Shown here piece by piece: positions 1 to 13,800 of a stretch of DNA of 64,000 bases (the stretch's first letter is position 1; the number at the start of each line of letters is the position of its first letter). Made by a program: the position numbers and the translations under genes. Origin of the DNA: Octopus sinensis (lineage: Eukaryota); the NCBI RefSeq assembly GCF_006345805.1, contig NC_043020.1:24490001-24554000 (forward strand), written 5' to 3'. Below the pieces are notes generated by a model that was not told the DNA's origin, ran no database searches, and worked only from the letters and a program-made list of their open reading frames with translations.

Positions 1-454
1 AAATGGAAATAATTATGGGTTTGTTTTCAAATATGAATTCTCAGAGATGAATACTATTTCAGCCTGTTTCCTGTGAGTTTTCTAAAAATCCTTTTACACA
101 TGAACGATTTCATTGTTACTGCCAGATATTTTGTCCAGTTTCAATATATATCCATGGGTGTGCCTGTGTGCCTATTTATGCACATGTATATTATATACAT
201 ACACACACACACACGTGTACATACAAATACATACACACACGCACATACATTTATATACATTCACACACATACACACATATATGCATGTACATACATACAC
301 ACATATATACTTGCACATACATACACTCGCATATATATATATACATACATACATACATTTTAAAGCTAGATATATACATACACAAGCGTGTGTAGTTATG
401 CATGTATGTCTATTTTCCCTTTTGTCTTCCCTCCTTTTACATCAATTTCATACG

Positions 455-524
455 TCTCTCTCTCACTTCCTCTCTCTCCCTCTCTCTCTCTCTCTCTCCC
501 TCTCTCTCTCTCTCTCCCTCTCTC

Positions 525-555
<31 letters not shown>

Positions 556-635
556 CGCTCGATTTTTCTCCTCCTCTTTTTTCTTCAAATTCGTTCTTTT
601 CTCTCTCCTTCCTTCTCTCAATCACATTTTCCTTG

Positions 636-666
<31 letters not shown>

Positions 667-670
667 TTCT
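455..670. repeat. (CT)n-rich microsatellite
   Basis: Direct reading. Confidence 0.95.
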
Positions 671-787
671 GATTTTCATCTGCATTTACTGTCGCATGTT
701 CCTCTTCCTCTCCCCTTAACGTCTCTCCATTGTTCATAATCCTTCTCCCGACAACCTGTCTCGTTACTCTCTTCCTCCACACACACA

Positions 788-830
<43 letters not shown>

Positions 831-2520
831 TTTCTCATATACATTTACACCCACAAACATATACAAACTCTGTCTTACCCGAGCTATCTTATATACATTT
901 ACATACACACACAAAAACATACTCACTCACTGTCTATCGCTCCCTACTCTTCCTCTACCTCCCTCCCTCCCTCCCTCTCTCTCTCTCTCTCACTTGTTTT
1001 CTTATATTCCTTTATACATACACACCTACCTATATCATTTCCTTTCAACCTCTGTACTTCTTGAACTCTTACTCACTCTCTCACTCATTCTCTATCCCAC
1101 ACTCTCTTTCTTTCTCTACCAACCAGTCTCTTTCTCTCTCTCTCACTCTCTCTCTCTCCCTCTCATCTTCCTCTTGCTGCCCCTTTTCGTTTTATATCTC
1201 CAGGCACAAATCCTCTCACTCAAGCTTTGAACTTTAACACCATTTCAGAATAAAAGAGTTAACCCATCTCATACCAACATCTCAGCACTTCAGTTCCCAC
1301 TTATCCGTGTTCCGCCAGCGCCACCGCCAGTACCATTCAAACCTCCACCCCACAAACTCCTCCACAAGAAGGCAGCGTGGGGGTGTTATTTTTTCACCCT
1401 CCGGCTAAACTATAAGACAGATCAGATGGAACATTCGAGATCTCAAGTGCTACTTGCACATTGTTTTTGCTTTTCGAAATGTATTGTAATGTGTGTGTGT
1501 GGTGTGTGTGTGTGTATGTGTGTTAGAAAGGGTGTCAGGGTGGGGTGTTGTAGGGGTGGGCTGGTGCTCTTTTCTTTCTTCATTTGCTTCGAAAATACTC
1601 GCAGAATGGAAGCGATAAGTGGCTTTGGAATAGACAAATAAACATAAGATGGCGGCGGCGGTGGTGGTGGTAGCGGTGGTGGTGGTGGTTGGTGATGTGG
1701 GCGATAATAGTGATGATGATGAAGATGATGATCCATATGTTGGTGGTGATGATGGTGTTAATGATGATGCTTTTGCTGATATTGATGGTGATGGTCTCTA
1801 AAATACGAAATCGTTAACTTCTGCTCCGATATCATAAGAAAGACACACCCACACAGAAGAACATTATACACACACACACACACACACACACATACACACA
1901 CACACACACAGAAGCAGAAATATACACATACAACGACATACACATACCCTTCTCTCCTTCCCACACACGCAATGCGGAAAATAAATAGAAAGAGCCTCAA
2001 ACCTGCTTACTCAACTTACTAGAAATAGCAGCTAAATCTCACTCAAATCTCATTCTATGATGTATTTGAAAACATATATATGCACAGGCGTGGCTGTGCG
2101 GTAAGAAGTTTGCTTCTCACTCAAATGGTTCCGGGTTCAGTCCCACTGTGTGGCACCTTCAGTAAGTGTTTTCTACTATAGCCTCGGGCGCACCAAAGCT
2201 TCGTGCGTGAAGTTTTAGTAGAAGGAAATTGAAATGAAACAAGCCCACCGTACACACACACATACACACGTGCGTGCATGCGCTCGTGCGTGGGTAAACG
2301 TAGACACGCCCTTAAGAGAAATGATAAAACGTTCGAATCGACTCCGGTGTTTAACCGGGGATTTCTCATCCGTTCGCAATCCCTAAAATAAGAACCAGTC
2401 GAACACCGGCGATGATGTAATCAACCAGCACCCCAACACCACCACCACAACAACAACAACTCTGCCAAATTTCAGGCCTTATGCATCTAGTAGAAAGGAT
2501 TATTATTATTATTATTATTA

Positions 2521-2604
2521 TTGAGTGAGAGAGCAGTGCATGCCATCAAAGTGACACTGGGGTAAAATATACGAAGCCCAGTATACCCATCATGACTACC
2601 CGTC

Positions 2605-2605
<1 letters not shown>
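2521..2605 (-). mobile_element. Short 3'-end fragment of a TAA-associated retroelement family
   Basis: Flanked on both sides by (TTA)n. A longer homologous copy lies at 31565-31750. Confidence 0.55.
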
Positions 2606-2667
<62 letters not shown>

Positions 2668-2880
2668 GGCGGCGCGCTGGCAGAATCGTTAGCACACCGG
2701 ATGGAATGCTTAAGAGCATTTCGTCCATCTTTACGTTCTGAGTTCAATTTCTGCTGAAGTCGACTTCGCCGTTCATTCTTTCGGAGTCGATAAAAGAAAT
2801 ACCAGTGAAACACTGGGATCGATCTAATCGACTGGCCCCGTCCCCAACTTTCAGGCCTTGTGCCCATTGTAGAAACGATT
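2668..2880 (+). mobile_element. tRNA-derived SINE family B
   Basis: ggcggcgcgctggcagaatcgttagcac...ttacgttctgagttcaa...tcattctttcggagtcgataaa...ctgggatcgatctaatcgact, ending in a trinucleotide tail. Many copies in the window. Confidence 0.8.
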
Positions 2881-3930
2881 ACTACTACTACTACTATCAT
2901 CATCATCATCATCATCATTATTATTATTATTATTATGATTATTATTAAAAGAATTCAACTCAGAAGAACTAAAGACAGAATCAAAGTTAGCAGGAATTGA
3001 AACCAGAACCTGAAGACACTGCTCTAACTCCTGCGTTCCATATTGCTGATGCTCTACCGATTCTTACCTTAGCAACAAGAAAATGAAAACATGGTTCTTT
3101 TATAAGATCTGAACTTTTCAAACGCAAAGAATTTTTCTTCGAACGTTTCCACTTCCAAAGCGCCACAGATTTTCGTATAATGTTGATACCTTGTTTTATT
3201 TGAAGTTTTATGGGTAGAAGGAACATTTATTGTTTTGTTGTTTAAGAATTGACCCTAATGCTTCATCCATTATTGGTATCCTGCAGCTTCGGCTCAGGTT
3301 CTGAGCTCTTAACAATTCTCGCTTCTCAAATGATGAGAGAGAAAACCGCGAAAATGGTAGAAACGGCGGAATGGAATCCCCGACGGCATTTAATGTTGTT
3401 AGAATTTTGTGATCGATAAAGTGAACACCAGTGAAGTTATGACGTCAATGGAATCGATTAGACATCTCCCACAGAATGTCTTTTAGAGTTAATGTAAGGA
3501 ATTGTTTATTTATTTCTTTTTTCTCTCTCTTCAATATCCATTTAACAGCAATGGTACTGATAACCAGACAGGAACATCATTTATGATAACCGTCATCTCT
3601 TGAAGTGCTTCTCAATGATTCTTTACCAACGGAGCTCTTTGGTTCCTTTTTTACTCCGATGGACCCCAATGGTCATTTGATGTTTTAAAAAATCCTATTG
3701 TAGTTTTATAATTAAGTATTATCAGGAATTGTATAAAAGAAAGCGTATTTCGTGCGTTGTAGTAGAATAAGCGATTTATTGCACATAAGTTTTTACCACA
3801 AAATCTTATGTGGAGCCCAAGTGTCATGTGGACCTTGGTTAACCTTATTTGTAATGAGGTCATCAAGGTTTAGGAAAGTTAATTGTAATTAAGATACCAA
3901 GGTATAAACATATTAGTGAAAATAGCTATA

Positions 3931-4345
3931 GGCGCAGGCGTGGGCGTGTGGTAAAAAGGTTTGCTTCCCAACCACTTGGTTCTGGGTTCAGTCACACTGT
4001 GACACCTTGGGCAAGTGGCTTCAGCTATAGCCTCGGATCGAGGCTATAGCTTGTGAGTAGATTTCGTAGATGGAAATTGAAAGAAGTTCGTCGTATAAAT
4101 GCCTATACCTCTGTGTGTGTGTCTTCGTGTCTACGTTTGTCCCACACCACCGGTTGTCAACCGGTGTTGGTGTGATTGCGTCGCCGTTATTTAGAGGTTC
4201 TGCAATAAATGGCCAATAGCTATTGGTAGCATAAGTATGAGGCTTAACAAAAAGTAAGTAGTGGGGGTTGAGTTATTCGACTAAAAATTCTTCAAGGCGA
4301 TGCCCCAGCATGGCCGCGGTCTAATGGCTGAAGCAAATAAGAATA
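3931..4345 (+). mobile_element. tRNA-derived SINE family A (central microsatellite), full length
   Basis: Head with A/B-box-like gtgtggtaa...gggttcagtc, body ggaaattgaaagaag, (TG) core, 3' ccagcatggccgcgg...tgaagcaaataag. Many copies in the window. Confidence 0.85.
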
Positions 4346-4348
4346 TAA

Positions 4349-4820
4349 ATATAACCTAGTTAATAACAACATCAATTGCATTGGTTATATCCAGGTAGAG
4401 TAATATTGCTCATAATAGTGATATCCTAGTTATGGCCGTGTCAATATTTATAGGTAATATCTATGCATATTAATATTATTTATAATGGTGATATCCAGAC
4501 ATTGTAACGCCAATATTAATGGTGATATCTTAGTTATAGCAGGCTGTTTTTCACTGGAGATATCCAACTGTAGTAATGTCCTTTATAGTGAAGATATAGA
4601 GATATAGCAGTATCATTTAGAGTTGGTGTATGCAGATATCCCAAAGTTCATTATAAGGGTGCTACCAGGGTACAGCCATGTTAGTTGCCCTTGTATAATT
4701 TACGTATAGTAAAGTCCATTAAAATAGAGATATCAATGGTATCAATAGGGATATAGCAATTGTATTTATGATGGCGATATCTTCCCACTATGTCAGTATC
4801 AATTACAGGAAGGATATCTA
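4349..4820. repeat. Highly diverged ~34-35 bp minisatellite
   Basis: A GGTGATATCY-like motif recurs at 4383, 4417, 4453, 4487, 4521, 4556, 4590, 4625, 4658 and 4726. Confidence 0.65.
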
Positions 4821-5587
4821 GACATCGGCGACATCTTAGGTGTGGAAATGCCATCATAGCAGTCAGAGAATATGTAAGCATTCACTCAACCTGCATGAAA
4901 TAGCAGTTAAATCTCTCAGAATTAACAACTTAACATATTCAAAGTATAAAGAACACATAGGACAATATAGCGCTAAAATAAAGGGTGGAACGTCTTTATA
5001 TATCTGCCTAACCAGTGGTAACCTGAAGACTGACTGTAACAACCAATGGTAGGAAGCTGAAATGCATGAAGACGGTGTTAACCCTATTTTTCAGGAGGTG
5101 AGTTTTGCCCATTCTTCCCGAACTCCACTTCAAGGGCCATAGCCTAACGCTAGCCCTTACAACCCATTCTCATCACTGACATCAACACAATCTCCACACT
5201 ACGACAGCTGACAGCCCTCAATGTGGTCACTCGACTTGCTAGAAATAGAAGCCAGATTTCACCTAAATCACACATCCTGCAATATTAAAAAAAAAAAAAT
5301 AAAGTGGAAGGACATCTTTGATAATTTAGATTATGATTTGTTTCAGTCATCAGACCACTGCGGCCATGCTGGCGCACAGACTGAAAGGGTTTTAGTAATT
5401 GTTTCTCTTAAGCTTCGTATTTATTGCATCGTCTTTTTTTTGTCAAACTGCTAAGTCATGGGGGACACAACCAAACACCAGCACCAGTTGTCAAGCGGTG
5501 GTAGGGGAAAAATAGACACGCACGCACTCTCCCTCTATCCGTCTCTCTCTCCCTCTGTGTGTGTGTATATATATGTGTGTGTGTATG

Positions 5588-5692
<105 letters not shown>

Positions 5693-6779
5693 GGGACTGA
5701 ATGTAGAACCGTGTAGTTGAGCAGCAAACGTCATACCACAGAGTCACACTTGTTTGAAAATATAATATAGGATGGTCGCGTTTGGATTCACACCACAGTC
5801 AAAAGTTTGTTCGAATAGTGGCCCTATGTGGTTGTTTGACCTGTTAGAAATAGCTACTAAATTCCTCTTCGAATTGCATCCTATGTTCTCAAAGAAGCAT
5901 TGGACCGTGTGTGGTCCTCGAGTATTCCCTTCGACACGTATGAATTATAAGAGGATGGCCACAGCTGGAATGCGTTCTGCTCGATAAACGCTGACCCGAG
6001 GCTAAACAACAACAGCAAAACAAAACACAAACATTGTTTTCATTCGCCAGTCATTCCGAACGCCGATGACATGTTGCTACTTAAGGACAACAACAACAAT
6101 ACGAAACCCCAAGTAACACAATCATAACAACACACACACATATATATATAAACACATAATAGGCACCATCCACGTGCACATACGCACACCCATGAACACA
6201 GCCACGTACACGGACTCATTTGCGCACGACCAATATATACACACGCTCATACACAGACGCACGTACGCTCGGGAAAAGCTGACAGGTCGCTACTTAACCA
6301 ACCCCGCCTTTGTCTTCGCCCCAACTAAAAGAAATAAACAACACTAGCAACAATAACAACGAGAAAAACAACAACACGAAATAAAACCCATAACAAAAAC
6401 AACGACAAAACATGTACACACACATATACACTCACGCACGATACATTGATAGAGGTAGCGGTGGTGGTTGTACTGCGTTGGAATTGAACCGTCACCCCAG
6501 ATTTTGGATAATAAAAATACTTGAAAGACTTTCTCTACTAAAAAAAAAAAGAGAGAAAAAAGAAAACGCAAAAATATCTCCAATGGTCCCTAAATAAATA
6601 AACGAAACAGAAAATCTTGGAAATAACAGAAATATTTTAAAGGGCCAACAAAAATGGACGCCGGTGAAGGCGAGCGGTATAACGAGGTGGGAGTCTGTAC
6701 GCAGTAAAAAAAACAACATGCTAGAAATAGCAGCCAACTCTGCAAATTACATCCTAATCTATTGCTTTTGGTTTCAAAC

Positions 6780-7165
6780 TTTGGCACAAAGCCAGCAGTT
6801 TCGAGAGAGGATGTGTAAGTCGATCACCTCGACCCCAGTGCTTAACTGGTACTTATCTTTTCGGCTCCGAGAGTAAAAAGGTAAAGTCGACCGCGACGGC
6901 ATTTGAACTCAGAATGTAAAGACGGACGAAATACCTATTTCTTTACTACCCACAATGGGCCAAACACAGAGAGGACAAACAACGACAGACAAACGGATTA
7001 AGTCAATTATATCGACCCTAGTGTGTAACTGGTACTAAATTTATCGACCTCGAAAGGATGAAAGGCAAAGTCGACCTCGGCGGAATTTGAACTCAGAACG
7101 TAACGGCAGACGAAATACGGCTACGCATTTCGCCCGGCGTGCTACCGTTTCTGCCAGCTCGCCGT
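6780..7165 (-). mobile_element. SINE family B, dimeric/tandem form
   Basis: Two successive aaagtcgacc..ggaatttgaactcagaa units. The same arrangement occurs on the plus strand at 29090-29430. Confidence 0.75.
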
Positions 7166-7424
7166 CAGGCATTTTGTTCCGGCGCGGCAGCAGTTCTGCT
7201 ATTTTCCTATTCACAGTCATTAACAAAGGGAAAATACCACAAAGGAGGACCTTGTTAAATTTCCTTCAACCACTTGAATTATTTAAATGTTTCACCAGAT
7301 TACTTTTTTCAAATGTAGTTTGACAGTTTTAAATGCTGAGGAAGTTAACGGGGTTGTGATCACCGGCGTAGAAAATCTGAGAATATTCCGGTGACTATTC
7401 CAGAAAATTGTAGAGGTTACTCTT

Positions 7425-7776
7425 TGACTTGTTTCAGTCATTTGACTGTGGCCATTCGACTGTGGTCGAGCAAATCGACCCCAGGACTTATTCCTTGTAA
7501 GCCTAGTACTTATTCTATCGGTCTCTTGCCGAACTGCTAAGTTACGGGGACGTAAACACACCAGCAAAAACACACACACACACACGCACACACACACACA
7601 CACACACACTTATACACATATATACGACAAGCTTCTTTCAGTTTCCGTTTACCAAATCGACTCACAAGGCTTTGGTCGGCCCGAGGCTATAGTAGAAGAC
7701 AATTGCCCAAGGTGCCACGCAATGGGAATGAACCTGTAACCATGTGGTTTGTAAGCAAGCTACTTACCACACAGCC
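7425..7776 (-). mobile_element. SINE family A
   Basis: Reverse-complement match to the 3931-4345 family. Confidence 0.85.
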
Positions 7777-9266
7777 GGAAAGAATTTAACAAGAACTTCA
7801 GATTATATGATGTAGTCCTGGACAGGAATAGAGATGGTCACTCGGAATCAGGGATCGAATTTGTCGGTGTTTTGCGTACTAATTTCAAATCTCGTCGAGG
7901 CCTTGGTGAGCACGTAGACTCGTTAGCACCTCGCACGAAATGTTTAGCGCATTTCCTCCCAATTATTTACGTTCTGAGCTCAAATAGAGTCGTGGTTAAT
8001 TTTGCCTTTCATCCTTTCGGGGTCGATAAAATACAGTGAAGTGCTAGGGTCGGTAATTGAGTTTCACCTTCTCAAAATTGTTGTTAGAATTAGTATTATT
8101 CCCGGGTCGATAAAATGTAATACAGCAATCAAATGCTGGGGTCGGTTTGATTCTCCAAACGCCTTCCCCGTCTAAATTTCAAGCCTTGTGATTAAAGTAC
8201 CTTGTAGAATTTGCTCCGGTTCTTTATATCTGGGTTCAAATCTTGCCACGTTTTACTCTGGAAATTGTGGAAATAAAGCATCAACATTGTTGAAACAACC
8301 TTAACACCAGATTCAGAATTTCTCCAAGGCTGGGGATCACGTGTCATACGTCCTCGACACATTTCTGGGTCACAAAACCTAAATTCACTGCAACACAAAG
8401 TATTTTCCTCTTTTAAAACATTACCCCCCCCCCCAATAAAATCTAATTAAAAAGACCCCATCACCTTCAAACGAAAACTGGGCAAATTTCTTCAATGGAT
8501 ACCAAATAAGCCACCTACACCTGGATATATTTGAATCAACAACAACTCCATACCTGAATGGCACCTGATACCACAAAACTTTAAAATGACATAACAGATC
8601 TTATCAGGTGGTCCTATTAAGTTAGACATGGCCTGGGCCAATTTTTGACCGAAACGCATCTTTACGCAAGAGACCATCTGCCTGACTTTCCCCTGACCAC
8701 ATACTCACTCACTCTTACCAAAGTATCTTTCGGTGCATGTGCGTGCGTTCTTTCTTTCTTTCTTTTCATCCTTCCTTCCTTTCTTGCTTCTTTCCTTTCT
8801 TTCTTGCTTCTTTCCTTTCTTTCTTCCTTACTTTCTTCCTTTCTTCCTTCCTTTCTGTCTTCCTTTATTCCTTCCTTCCTTCCTTCCTCTTCTGTTTTGA
8901 TTTTTTGTGAGCGAAATCATAATGAAGGCAAAGCATGTGTTGTAAGAGGAGTAGTAATTTGGGTGGTGGGGGTGGCGGAGGCGGCAGAAGCAATGATTTT
9001 GTTGTTGTTATTGCTGTTCTTCCTATTTAGTCGTCCCAAGTTAAATAGCAAGATCAACAACATGGACAATAATCCCTCCCGAACGGACCAGGGTGCAAAG
9101 GAAACACACACACACACACATATATATATATACACACAAACAAACACATACGCACACACATACATATATACATATATTTACACGCGCAAACCCATATATA
9201 CATATACTGGACCACACACAATATAAGAATTATGAGCACACTACTTCCTTCCTGTATATGTGTGTG

Positions 9267-9310
<44 letters not shown>

Positions 9311-9689
9311 GTGTGGATCAATCTGGCTTCTGCAAAGAGAACATGTGGCCACTTGATCTGCCGCCTCCAGAAAAAAGGAAAAAGAAAGAGAAAGAGAAGA
9401 AGAAGGAGAAGAAGAGGCAGCAGAGATCAAAGCCGTCATCTTTTAATAAAGCAACCGAACGTTCAGTGGATGTCAGGCATCTGTGAAGCTGTACTCTGTC
9501 TTGCACACTGACCAAAACATCGCCACCAACAACAACACCAATGAACAAGCCGTTGAGGGAGACCCTAGGTCAGGTGTAATCAAATTGGCAAACATTAACC
9601 ATTCAATACGATAAATTCTGTGTAGATGTGTGTGCGTGTGTGTGTGTGTGTGCATTTATCTACCTGTATATCGTAATTTGTTTCTTTTA

Positions 9690-10095
9690 TGTAAGGTGCT
9701 AAGCTGCGGCCAGGCTGGAGCACGGCCTCAAAGTGTCTTACTCAAACAAATTGACTCTAACACAAATATATTTAAACCAGGTATTTATACTATTGGCCTT
9801 ATTACATTTTGCTGAACCGCTAGCTTACAGAGACGCAAACAAACCAGCTCCGGTTGTCAAGATGTAGTGGGGGACAAACACACGCACACATACACGCACG
9901 CACCCACAAGCACACATGCTCATATGTATGCATGTATTCGACGGGCTCTTTTAGTTTCCGTCTTAGAAATCCACTGAAAATGCTTTGTTCAGCCCGAAGC
10001 TGAAGTAGAAGATATTTTCCCAAGAAGCCAATCTGTGGGACTGAACCCAGAACCATGTGGTTGGGAAGCAAGCTTCTTACCACACGGCCACATCT
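9690..10095 (-). mobile_element. SINE family A
   Basis: Reverse-complement match including the head (ctgaacccagaaccatgtggttgggaagcaagcttcttaccacac). Confidence 0.8.
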
Positions 10096-10804
10096 GCGAC
10101 TCTACTCCTATTACGTTCTGTTTTTCGATTTCAGTCACAGGTTGCGGCCAAGCTGGAACACTACCACTTATACTAAGGCTAGTTTATTTCAGACTCATTT
10201 CCCGATCCTGTCTCTGGAATCGGTGAAGAGATCAGAGCCGCCTTTCTTTGCATGTCTTGCCAGTTTGTCTAATTACAAATCCACAAACAGGTGAAATCAC
10301 CCGCTCCCCACCCCGTACGCTTTCTTTTAATGAAGAGACAGATTTGCATCAATGTAATTTCCTCTTTCTTTAAACTTGATGATTGACAATATCAATTTTA
10401 TATAAAATATGGCAATTTATCAGCCTCCACCACACCCTACCCTACCCCACTCCGCCTTTTTTTTTCGATAGCGATTATCCTGAAATCAAACTCTACCCAG
10501 AACATGATCCAAGCCATTCCATCCAGCACGTCTATATTCTTAAGGATGTGTTTTTCTTTCCCCCAACCCAGTGTATCTTGGACTCCATTGTCCAATGTAC
10601 TTTTCCTTCGAAATGAAGACGCAGTGCTATCTGATTTGCAGAAGCATTTGGCTCTGGTGTCGAACAGGTCAAGCAATCCTATATTTGACTCGGAGACACA
10701 TTGTGTTGTTTAAGCCCAGGAAAAGATCAGGATGAAGACGATGGTAATAGTGGTAGCAGAGGTGGCGGCGGCGGTGGAAATGGCAGTAGTAGTAGTAGTA
10801 GTAG

Positions 10805-10852
<48 letters not shown>

Positions 10853-11212
10853 GAGGAGGAGGAGGAGTGTTGATCGTGTTAATATGCATAATAGTAGTGG
10901 CAGTGACTGAAGGTGGAATATCATGGTGGTGGTGGTGGTGGTGATATTATTATAAACAACTTACTAATGTGACAAGGTCCGTACGCAAAACCGTTGTTAT
11001 TTCACACACACACACACACACACACACAGATATATCTCCTTTCCTACCACCAAACCGTCTCCTCGGAATAATCTCCATATAATCTCTACCGATTCCAGCA
11101 CCTGCTAGATAGCAGGAACATGGTCTGGGGCTGAAGGGTTTGGGTACAAAGAAAGAGGCGCGCACGCGCGTGCGTGTTTGTGTGTGTATGTATGAGTGTA
11201 TGCGCATGTGTG

Positions 11213-11258
<46 letters not shown>

Positions 11259-11298
11259 GAATGTATATATGAGAGAGGGAGAGAAAGAGAGCGATAGC

Positions 11299-11299
<1 letters not shown>

Positions 11300-11341
<42 letters not shown>

Positions 11342-11342
11342 C

Positions 11343-11436
<94 letters not shown>
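11300..11436. repeat. (GATA)n microsatellite (others at 19750-19925, 54025-54128, 60018-60290)
   Basis: Direct reading. Confidence 0.95.
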
Positions 11437-11437
<1 letters not shown>

Positions 11438-12166
11438 GAGGAAGATAAAGTTGAATAAAGACATAGACAGACACAGGTCTGGTTAGATAAATAAACAGAT
11501 AGATAGATTATAATAGAGAGAAGAGAAGATATCCATAGTAAACAAGAATAACATAATCAGAAAGAGACATCCAAACAGAGAGCGATAGTTATATTGGTAA
11601 AGAAAGAGCAGAGCAGAGCAGAGAGAGAGAGAGAGAGAGTGAAAAATGTAAGAACAAAATAATAGGAAATAACACATGAGGAGAGTGAAATAAGACGTTA
11701 GAGAGAGAGAGAAAAGGAGAGAGAGAGAGAGAGAGGGAGGAAGGAAAAGAAGAGGCAGAAACGTGTGGTGTTTGCTGTAATGTGCACCAACGCCATTAAT
11801 ATCCGAGTGTAAATTTACTGTGAATTGTCTAAATGGTGACCTCAGATGGAAAACATGTCGACAACTGGTTGGCAGGGGAGGGAGTTAAAAGTGAGGTGGG
11901 TGGAGGTGATTGTGGTAATTTAAATATGAGTGCTGTTGCTGTTGTTGGTATAGCGTTGTGTAGCTCCAGGGCAGCGTTCATGAAGCATATCTATATTCAA
12001 AGACATTCCAATGATGACCAACTAAACTGTACATATGTGTGTGTGTATTGGGTGACACAGATATGTTTATACATATATAAATTATAAATAAATATCTGCC
12101 TACACACACTCACTCACACACACACACACATATATATATACACACAGACACACGCATAAAAGGCTT

Positions 12167-12450
12167 AGGCGTGGCTTTTTGCTAAAATGCTTGCTTCCCA
12201 ACCACATGGTTCCAAGTTCAGTCCCATAGCGTGGCACCTTGGGCTACTACACCCTCGAGCCGGTCAATGCCTTGTGAGTGGATTTGGCAAACGGAAACTG
12301 AAAGAAGCCCGTCGTGTATGTGTGTGTGTGGTGTGTGTAGGGATATGAGTCTTTGTGTTTATCCCCCACCACCGCTTGACAACCGGTGTTGGTGTATTTA
12401 CGTTCCCGTAACTTAGTGGTTCAACAAAAGAGACTGATAGAATAAGTATA
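12167..12450 (+). mobile_element. SINE family A (3'-truncated)
   Basis: ggcgtggc...cttcccaaccacatggttcc...ggaaactgaaagaagcccgtcg. Confidence 0.8.
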
Positions 12451-12794
12451 TAAATAATCACACACACTTTTAAATACAGATATGCATAACACATTTACAT
12501 TTTATATACAGTTAAAGATATCATGTACATATGTGTGTGTCTGAGATTGTATTTGTGTGTGTGTGTGTGTGTGTGTGTGTGGTCTTTTTATGTCTGAATG
12601 TACGAAATCATTTGTGTGACTGTACTGATAAAGACTAAAACTATTCCTCGCTAACGAGAACAAATAAAACTGAAACCCATCCATAATTGTCTCCCTTATA
12701 CAAAGATATGAGATTCCCTCTCTTCTGCATCACCAACGTTCTGTTTTTAATTAATTTCATTTTTAATTTAAATGTCACTGTCGTCATTCTCCTG

Positions 12795-12854
12795 ATATTC
12801 CTGGACTCACTCCATAATATTCCTGGACTCACTCCATAATATTCCTGGACTCAC
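12795..12854. repeat. 22-bp tandem repeat, about 2.7 copies
   Basis: atattcctggactcactccata repeated exactly. Confidence 0.9.
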
Positions 12855-13609
12855 ATTATTATGTGACCAAACAATCTCATCTTTTCGAGATTTACTAATC
12901 CAATGACACCCTTAAAGACGTCTTGTTTCCTTTCATGATCAGGGATTATATCCCTCGATATGTACACCCCACCTAAGCATTCTACGCATACATTTGATCC
13001 GATATAAGCAGCAGTGGTCCTGTAGATAAGAGCATTATTACTCTTGTTTTAGATAAAGATAAAAGGTTCCTATTTCGAATTCCAGCTTGGTACTGTTTCT
13101 ATAAATCTTGGAATACGGTAACTTTTGAAGATCAAGCAAGAAACAGAAAAAAAAAGTTTTGTGTGTCTCTTTATATATGTGTTTGTCCCCCATTCCCACT
13201 TGACAACAAATGTCGGTGTGTTTACGTTCCCGTAACCTAGCGGTTCGACAAACGAGACCGATAGAATATGCAGTAGGCTTTAATATATTAAGTCCTGGGG
13301 TCGATTCGTTAGACTAAAACCCTTCTAGGTGGTACTCCAGCATGGTCGCACTCAAATGACTGAAACAAGTAAAAGAATGAAAGAATAAAACGGCGTATGG
13401 ACATGCTCTGTGACGCTTTTACTGATTCCAGTCATTGGACAGCAGCCATGCAAAGGCACAACGTTGAAGGGGTTTAGTTGATCGAAGTTTATTTGAAGGG
13501 GATTAGTAATTATTTTTGAAAATCTGGCATAAATGTTATTGGTTTGTGTTTTAACAGCACGAAGCACCGTAAAAGAAAGAACCGAAAGGGTTAATGTTAG
13601 AACTACTCT

Positions 13610-13800
13610 AGGCACAAGGCCCGAAATTCTTGCGGAAGGGGCCAGTCGATTAGATCGACCCCAGTACGCAACTGGTACTTAATTTATCGAACCCGAAAAG
13701 ATGAAAGGCAAAGTCGACCTCGGCGGAATTTGAACTTAGAACGTAAAGACAGACGAAATACCGCTAAGCCCGGCGTGCTAACGTTTCTGCCACTTTGCCG
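13610..13800 (-). mobile_element. SINE family B
   Basis: gatgaaaggcaaagtcgacctcggcggaatttgaact. Confidence 0.8.

Noticed and set aside
3060-3226. Minus-strand ORF ending at a perfect AAG|GTAAG donor
   Set aside because: No polypyrimidine acceptor and no homology; insufficient to call an exon.
3931-4010. tRNA-like sequences at SINE heads
   Set aside because: They have A/B-box-like motifs but no complete cloverleaf, and they continue into SINE bodies, so they are not tRNA genes.
4349-4820. CRISPR-like appearance of the periodic motif array
   Set aside because: Eukaryotic context, no cas genes, only a ~10-bp degenerate motif, and the intervening sequences are related to each other.
6719-6735. 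gctagaaatagca matches part of the engineered Cas9 sgRNA scaffold
   Set aside because: Only about 13 nt, with no flanking scaffold. It belongs to a native dispersed repeat present in several diverged copies.
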